Shown: piece by piece, positions 61,568 through 64,000 of the stretch | How positions within the stretch are numbered: the stretch's first letter is position 1 | How the letters are laid out: each line of letters starts with the position of its first letter | Source: Bugula neritina | Taxonomy: Eukaryota; Animalia; Bryozoa | Assembly: GCA_964035545.1 (NCBI GenBank) | Contig: OZ037766.1 | Coordinates: 25,656,339 to 25,720,338 of the forward strand | Direction: 5' to 3' | Length of the DNA: 64,000 bases | Made by a program: the position numbers and the translations under genes | The notes under the pieces: generated by a model | Seen by the model: the letters and a program-made list of their open reading frames with translations, nothing else | Told to the model about the DNA's origin: nothing | The model's database searches: none

Positions 61568-63253
61568 TTTGTGTGTATGCATATGTGTGCAGTGTATGTG
61601 TATGCATGTGCAGTGCATTTTAAGAGAGTAAATATCAATATATTAGGCCATTTTTTGTAAAAATTTCAACACATTCCTGATTAATTTTTATGCTAGCATA
61701 TTATGCAAATAAAACACAAAAGTGAAAAAATTTATGCTTAATTTAAAAATTTACGGTTGATTCAACATACTATATGAATTTTTTTTTCTAATTCATTTTG
61801 CTCTAAATTATTGAAATGGCAGTCTGATGTAAGGTGTAACATATTAAAAAAGTGCATTCGCACTGTTTTTTCTTTACCTTCTACTTTATAAGGCTAATTA
61901 TTATAGAAAAGTTGATGTCCGTGGCATGTTAAGCTCTGAAATAATTAATTTTAGTGTAGGCTACCACCACCATTTTCTCCACACCTTCACCACTGGTTTT
62001 ATTAAATATTTAGGGGTTCAAATCAATTGGCACCCTAACCAAATTCTGTTGCCAAGTTAGTTCTTTTGACTGTGAGTGTATATGTTGTCTAATTTTTCCT
62101 TTTTTCAATAATTTCTCAGTGTTTTCTATACTTAAATTTTTCTATTTCTTAAGCTGGGTATTGCTAAACAATCTACTTTGATGTATTACTTTAATAGCAT
62201 AAAATTAATGTTTGAAATGGTGTATGCTCAAGCTTGTTATTTTGTTAACTTTGATTGGTGATTGATTGTTTGTATTAAAATAATTCATAACATTACAGAC
62301 ATCACCAGATACTTTAAAGGAATGCTACAGAAAAAGAACAGTTGGTCTGGAAAGTTACCAGATGGGAACCTGCATGAGTAAACATTTGAACCTGAACCAG
62401 CATATATTATATTTTAGCTATGCTGAGGAAGTATCACATCTCAAATAATATATTGATTGCCTGTCCATCATTTTGATAAAAAATAAATTAATTTCTAAAG
62501 TTTTGTAAACAGGTGTGACACATTTTTACAGTAAACTGGCATTTACCAAATATAATATTTTTTATATTTTTACACAAAATGTCTATAGGGTTATTCAATG
62601 CAGTTTATGCAAATGTAAAAAAATTGAAATTTAAATACGCTATAGAAGTAAAGGAATAATTTTTACCAATCATTAGTTATAAGGATAACTTTAAAAGAAT
62701 GACTATAGGCTAATGTCAGAACAAAGTTAACACATTGTAGCAACAGACTGTAAAAATTTGACATTACTTAAATTATCAATTAAATGTGCTCTTTATTGTC
62801 ATAAAACACACTTTTTAAGATTTAAGTTTAAAATTATAATAAATTTACATAGATTATTTATATCTTTTAAACTTTCCAGTGTAAAATTTGGTGAGACAGT
62901 AAATTAATAAACTTTATTTAGAGAAAAATTACTTCTTATTTTTAGTATTTCAAGTATACAGCAATATAAACAAATATCTTATGCAGTAATAATGTTTATT
63001 ATTTATATTTATAGTTTATTTATTTATTGATCATTTTATTGTTTTTATCACAAAAAATTGACTCTTCACTTTTTTAAAAATTAGAAATTACTCAGCCTTT
63101 CAAACGTAAACAATGATGCCATAACTTCTACCTGGCCATCTGTAAGCTTAATTAGTTGGAAGAACACTTCCACGTTTCAGTGCATCATTCAGCAAAGTGG
63201 CAAATGCTCATAGTTTAACACAGGGTCATTAATGTAGCCCTGAATTTTATATT

Positions 63254-63683
63254 ATGATAGTATTGCATTGCATTGCATTGCATTGTATTGTATTGTACTG
63301 TGTTGTGTTGTATTGTGTTGTAATTTATTGTATTATATTGTGTTGTATTGTGTTGTATTGTGTTGTATTGTATTGTATTGTATTGTATTGTATTGTATTG
63401 TATTGTGTTGTGTTGTGTTGTATTGTATTGTATTGTATTGTGTTATATTGTATTGTATTGTACTGTGTTGTATTGTATTGTATTGTATTGTATTGTGTTG
63501 TGTTGTGTTGTGTTGTATTGTGTTGTATTGTATTGTATTGTATTGTATTGTATTGTATTGTATTGTATTGTATTGTATTGTATTGTATTGTATTGTATTG
63601 TATTGTATTGTATTGTATTGTATTGTATTGTATTGTATTGTATTGTATTGTATTGTATTGTATTGTATTGTACTGTGTTGTAT
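63254..63683. repeat. (TATTG/TGTTG)n pentanucleotide repeat
   Basis: Directly visible; gives the CIVLY/NTIQY ORFs. Confidence 0.95.
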
Positions 63684-64000
63684 TCCGTCTAACATCATTA
63701 ACAGAAATCTTAAAACCATGTCAATAAATTTCAATTATGCAAGTTTATTGGATAAATTGTGTCAGAATAGCTACAAGATGTTGACAGAAGTTAAGTGTCA
63801 AATATTCAGCTTCTTTGTTTTCATAGTAATATTTACTGTTTTGATTTACAGAGCAAGGAAGTATCCATGTGAATATTAGTGGTGACAAGTCTTCAGGCAG
63901 GCCCTTTTAGTTCTAAAAGAAATGAGCAAATGGGTATAAATAAAAAGAATAAATAAAAAAGATATTTTTCAACTACTTTGGTTTTTAGAAAGTATAATTA

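Overview
AT-rich, intron-containing animal (invertebrate-like) genomic DNA; the species cannot be identified from this window. Hand splicing at GT-AG sites gives seven complete protein-coding genes. (1) HMGB-family gene (-) head-to-head with (2) a SAP30/SAP30L gene (+), sharing a CCAAT/E2F/CHR-type promoter. (3,4) Two tandem paralogous genes (-) for secreted Asn/Gly-rich proteins of 849 and 678 aa; their central regions are exactly 58 and 45 units of the 13-residue repeat N-x-N-x-G-x-x-N-G-x-x-N-G, between conserved Trp-containing N- and C-terminal caps. (5) A FARP/FRMD7-type FERM+FA protein lacking DH-PH domains (-). (6,7) Two tandem single-domain secreted Kunitz inhibitors (-). Also present: a tRNA-derived SINE family (one copy with a 17-bp target-site duplication), a foldback/MITE-like element and many microsatellites. 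The best candidate for an undescribed system is the Asn/Gly 13-mer pair: the repeat register is kept across all introns and both paralogues, which suggests a long extracellular beta-solenoid. Its function (biomineral matrix, adhesive/amyloid fibre, ice binding) is untested inference. All coordinates and translations were worked out by hand.
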